Shown: one piece after another, positions 13,618 to 16,591 of the stretch
How the letters are laid out: each line of letters opens with the position of its first letter
Numbering within the stretch: position 1 is the stretch's first letter
Assembly: GCA_041736305.1 (NCBI GenBank)
Contig: JBGSTX010000024.1
Location: 1 to 16,591 of the forward strand
Direction of reading: 5' to 3'
DNA: 16,591 nucleotides
From: Oligoflexus sp.
Lineage (GTDB): Bacteria > Bdellovibrionota_B > Oligoflexia > Oligoflexales > Oligoflexaceae
The notes under the pieces: generated by a model
Database searches by the model: none
Told to the model about the DNA's origin: nothing
What the model saw: only the letters and a program-made list of their open reading frames with translations
Position numbers and translations under genes: made by a program

Positions 13618-16245
13618 TCAGCTATTCGTTTCAACTTCAGCCGGAACGGATTGTGAGGAAGGATCGGCAACCGATGCTTTGAGAGCCGCCTCTTCAGCTT
13701 GTGCTTCAGCGTCAGCAGCTTTCTTTGCTTTGCTGACTCGCGGCGGGAATTCAAAGCGAAATCCAGTCCAATCATTTTCCATCACGAGTTTTGCGCTAAA
13801 TTTACGACCCTTCTTAGAAATGAAGTCGTAGATAACCGCCGTTTCCTTATTCGCCATGAAGCCGAGGGCATCGTCTCGGGTCAGCTGATGCTTGCAGAGG
13901 ACACGTGGGAAATTGAAACCTGGCCCCCGCTTCTCGCCGGCCTCGCGTGCCTTCACTTTGTTTTGGCAAGCGAAGTCCGTAGGAGTTTCAATGACGAGAC
14001 AATCAGGCGTGCAGCGCAGTGGGCAGGGTCCCAATGGCTCCGAGTTAACAGCCGCCATGCTTTCAGGGCTTATTTCTTCGGATGATTCAACAATGCGGCG
14101 GGCTAATTTGCCACCATTTAATTCGAGGACAGCTCGATAATCTTTCCCATTCGCATTTTTGAAGCCATCGAGTTCTGGAGTTATCTTGTTCTTCAGGAGC
14201 CGCTTCACGACTCCAGGGTTGATGTAGCGGCCGTTGAAGTCTTTCCAGATGAGAAAGTCGCAGGCTTTCTTCTCGGCCCGTTTGGTGCTTTCCGTGCAAC
14301 CATAGAACCAGGCCCGCTCAAAAACCGGGCGTCCACAGTTAGGACAAGGTCCTAGCTCATTTTCGTCAGGGTAGATCTGCTCAAAGCTAAAGTCTCGCGT
14401 CAAATCAACAACGTCTTTTGCGTAGGACGCGATTTCGTGCATGAATTCGCTAGCGGTCCGCTTCCCCTCTTCTACTTCGTTGAGATGAAGTTCGACCTGC
14501 GCTGTCAATTCAGCTGAAGTCAAACGACTGGCATTGATGCGGTGCAGGATGTCGATGAGGCGAATGCCCTTAGGCGTCGGTCGCAGGTTTTCGTCGACAT
14601 ACTCGCGGTTCTTCAAGTTCTCGATAATATCGGCGCGCGTTGCTGCGGTACCGAGACCATCGGCACTGCGGAGCGCTTGCGATAGCTCTTCGTTTTCGAT
14701 ATGGCGTCCGGCGTTTTCCATAAGTGATAGCAAACCAGCTTCCGAGATTCGTGCCGGTGGTTTGGTTTCGTGCTCTTCCAAAACAGGATCTTTGGTCCGG
14801 ACGACGACACCTTCGGTTTTGTCCTGCCCCTGTACGAGAGGCACGAATTGCTTGTCACCCTTATCTGGGATCTTACCAAACACGGCTTCCCAGCCAGCCT
14901 CTTTCAGAACGCGCGGTGGCTTACTGCGGAAGAGCTGTCCAGCAACTTCGGTAATGCGTTCGACGTCTTCATAGATAGAAGGAGGATAGAAAGCGGCCAA
15001 GAACTGACGCGTGACCAGATCATAGAGCTTCTGGTCGTCGCCTTCGAGGACGCGTTGTTCACCTGTCGGAATGATCGCAAAGTGATCCGTGACGCCTTCG
15101 TTATTGAAGACCTTCTCTTCGTTAAGGAGCCCCTTATCAAGCAGATGCTGCGCGTGGGGACTATAGTCGCGATTTTGAGTCAGAACATCGAGGACGCGGG
15201 CAACTTCGGGACGATAGTCCTCCGGTAGTGCCTTTGAACTCGTACGTGGATAAGTGAGCATCTTATGCGTTTCATAGCAGCGCTGCGCTGCTCGCAGAGT
15301 CCGCGTCGCCGCCCACCCAAATCGAGTGTTAGCTGCCCTCTGCAGGGAGGTTAGGTCGAAGAGCATGGGCGGCATGCGTGGCGAGGGTTTCCTCGTCTCG
15401 CTGGCGACGGAAGGCTGGCCGTGTACCACCTTGATGATTTCTTCGGCTCGCGTTTTTTCAAATATGCGGTCTTCTTTAAAATCGCGCGTCGCATTCTTTT
15501 TGTCGAAGTTGGGGTCGAACCAGGTGCCCTCGTAAATTTGATCGTGAACTTCGAAATTCCCGATCACCTTCCAGTAGGGCATGGCCTCGTGTTCGAGAAC
15601 TTCAATTTCCCGTTCGACCAAGAGTCCTAAGGTCGGGGTTTGCACCCGGCCGGCAGACCAGGAAACCCCGCGCTGGTTTTTGGCTTTGAGACGCACAGTG
15701 AGCGCGCGCGTGGCGTTCATACCGATCAACCAGTCGGCGTTAGCGCGACAGGCCGCAGCGGCGGCAAGACCGCTGTAGCGATCACCTTGCTGGAGTTGCT
15801 GAAAACCATCTTGAATGGCTTTTTTCGTCATCGATTGCAGCCAGAGACGTTCGATCGGCTTAGTAACGCCGACGTGCTTGACGATTTCACGGAAAATGAG
15901 CTCACCTTCGCGCGCCGCATCGCAGGCGTTGATGAGGTGAGTGACGTCGGCGCGTTCCATCAGCTTTTTGATAACGTTGAGGCGAGTCTTCTGATTCGGT
16001 ACCGGCTTCGTTTTGAAGTCTTCGGGAATAATCGGCAGATCAGCTAGGCGCCAACGTTTGTAGACGGGATTGATATCCTCAGGTTCGAGGAGAGTCAGAA
16101 TGTGACCAACCGCGTAGGTGCAGACATACTGCTCGCTCTCGTAGTACTCACCTTTCGATTTTTCCTCGAAACCTCCAAGGGCTTGGACGATGTCCTTCGC
16201 GACGCTCGGTTTTTCTGTAATGATAAGTCCTTTACCCTGCTTCAA
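13618..16245 (-). CDS. topB: DNA topoisomerase III (type IA) with C-terminal Cys-containing repeats
   Basis: Toprim motifs ITEKPSVA and NACDAAREGELIF, plus RLWLQSMT, ADWLIGMNATRA, SAGRVQTPTL, catalytic LTYPRT, DHFAIIPT and GLGTAATRADIIE. Two GPCP...F(K/I)(N/S)xxGKxFxAxL-type repeats. TTG start with AAGGA RBS. Confidence 0.93.
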   Translation of the reverse strand: MKQGKGLIITEKPSVAKDIVQALGGFEEKSKGEYYESEQYVCTYAVGHILTLLEPEDINPVYKRWRLADLPIIPEDFKTKPVPNQKTRLNVIKKLMERADVTHLINACDAAREGELIFREIVKHVGVTKPIERLWLQSMTKKAIQDGFQQLQQGDRYSGLAAAAACRANADWLIGMNATRALTVRLKAKNQRGVSWSAGRVQTPTLGLLVEREIEVLEHEAMPYWKVIGNFEVHDQIYEGTWFDPNFDKKNATRDFKEDRIFEKTRAEEIIKVVHGQPSVASETRKPSPRMPPMLFDLTSLQRAANTRFGWAATRTLRAAQRCYETHKMLTYPRTSSKALPEDYRPEVARVLDVLTQNRDYSPHAQHLLDKGLLNEEKVFNNEGVTDHFAIIPTGEQRVLEGDDQKLYDLVTRQFLAAFYPPSIYEDVERITEVAGQLFRSKPPRVLKEAGWEAVFGKIPDKGDKQFVPLVQGQDKTEGVVVRTKDPVLEEHETKPPARISEAGLLSLMENAGRHIENEELSQALRSADGLGTAATRADIIENLKNREYVDENLRPTPKGIRLIDILHRINASRLTSAELTAQVELHLNEVEEGKRTASEFMHEIASYAKDVVDLTRDFSFEQIYPDENELGPCPNCGRPVFERAWFYGCTESTKRAEKKACDFLIWKDFNGRYINPGVVKRLLKNKITPELDGFKNANGKDYRAVLELNGGKLARRIVESSEEISPESMAAVNSEPLGPCPLRCTPDCLVIETPTDFACQNKVKAREAGEKRGPGFNFPRVLCKHQLTRDDALGFMANKETAVIYDFISKKGRKFSAKLVMENDWTGFRFEFPPRVSKAKKAADAEAQAEEAALKASVADPSSQSVPAEVETNS

Positions 16246-16395
16246 TGCGCCGTCCTTTTTGCAATGGAATCTCGTGCCTAATTGGCTTATGGTGAGGAGA
16301 TCCCCGACCTCCCTACAAAAACGATATGATTTCTCAATGTCAAGCTAAATCAATCAGGCAGGTTTGCGACAGTGGGTGAATCTTAGCAGATTTCG

Positions 16396-16590
16396 TCAGG
16401 CTTTTTTGGAGGAAACTTCGGAAGGCAGCCACCGTTCTACGACCTGAACGATATCTTCCATCTGGGCGGGCTTAGCTAGATAATCATCGAAGCCTTCCGC
16501 CAAAATGCGCTGGCGATCATCACTAGCAGCTTGAGCCGTAAGGGCTATGACAGGCGTGAGCTGCGACAATTCTGGCATGCGCCGCATCAC
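16396..16590 (-). CDS. C-terminal receiver domain of a response regulator or hybrid sensor kinase (partial, 5' end outside the window)
   Basis: TPVIALTAQA...RILAEGFDDYLAKP. Confidence 0.88.
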   Translation of the reverse strand: MMRRMPELSQLTPVIALTAQAASDDRQRILAEGFDDYLAKPAQMEDIVQVVERWLPSEVSSKKA

Positions 16591-16591
16591 C

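Noticed and set aside
13530-16047. Numerous 69-152 aa ORFs within or antisense to the topoisomerase gene, and similar ones inside other long genes
   Set aside because: These are shadow ORFs of well-supported CDSs with no recognisable motifs.
16315-16343. Minus-strand TTGACA upstream of topB as a sigma70 promoter
   Set aside because: The -35 is perfect, but the hexamer at 17-bp spacing (TTTTGT) is too poor a -10 to call.

Overview
This is a gene-dense bacterial chromosomal window with no rRNA, tRNA, CRISPR array or mobile element that I can see. The gene content and the many divergent lipoproteins suggest an Oligoflexia/Bdellovibrionota-like or other deltaproteobacterial organism (inference only). 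Recognisable genes encode a KGG-repeat stress protein, a CPBP/CAAX intramembrane protease, a membrane-anchored endonuclease I, an AI-2E family transporter, an imelysin-like lipoprotein, Hpt, a NarL/LuxR response regulator, DNA topoisomerase III and the 3' end of a receiver-domain protein. The most interesting part is 11660-13290. There a perfect sigma54 (-24/-12) promoter with an upstream palindromic enhancer-like site precedes two small unknown proteins. The two genes are separated by a (GTT/GCT)n tract and end at a bidirectional terminator shared with an atypical orphan response regulator. Several other ORFs look like enzyme folds missing catalytic residues: a lysozyme-like/amidase_2 lipoprotein, a PHP/CehA-like lipoprotein and a minimal kinase-like protein. 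All family calls come from motif recognition by eye, and no searches were run.
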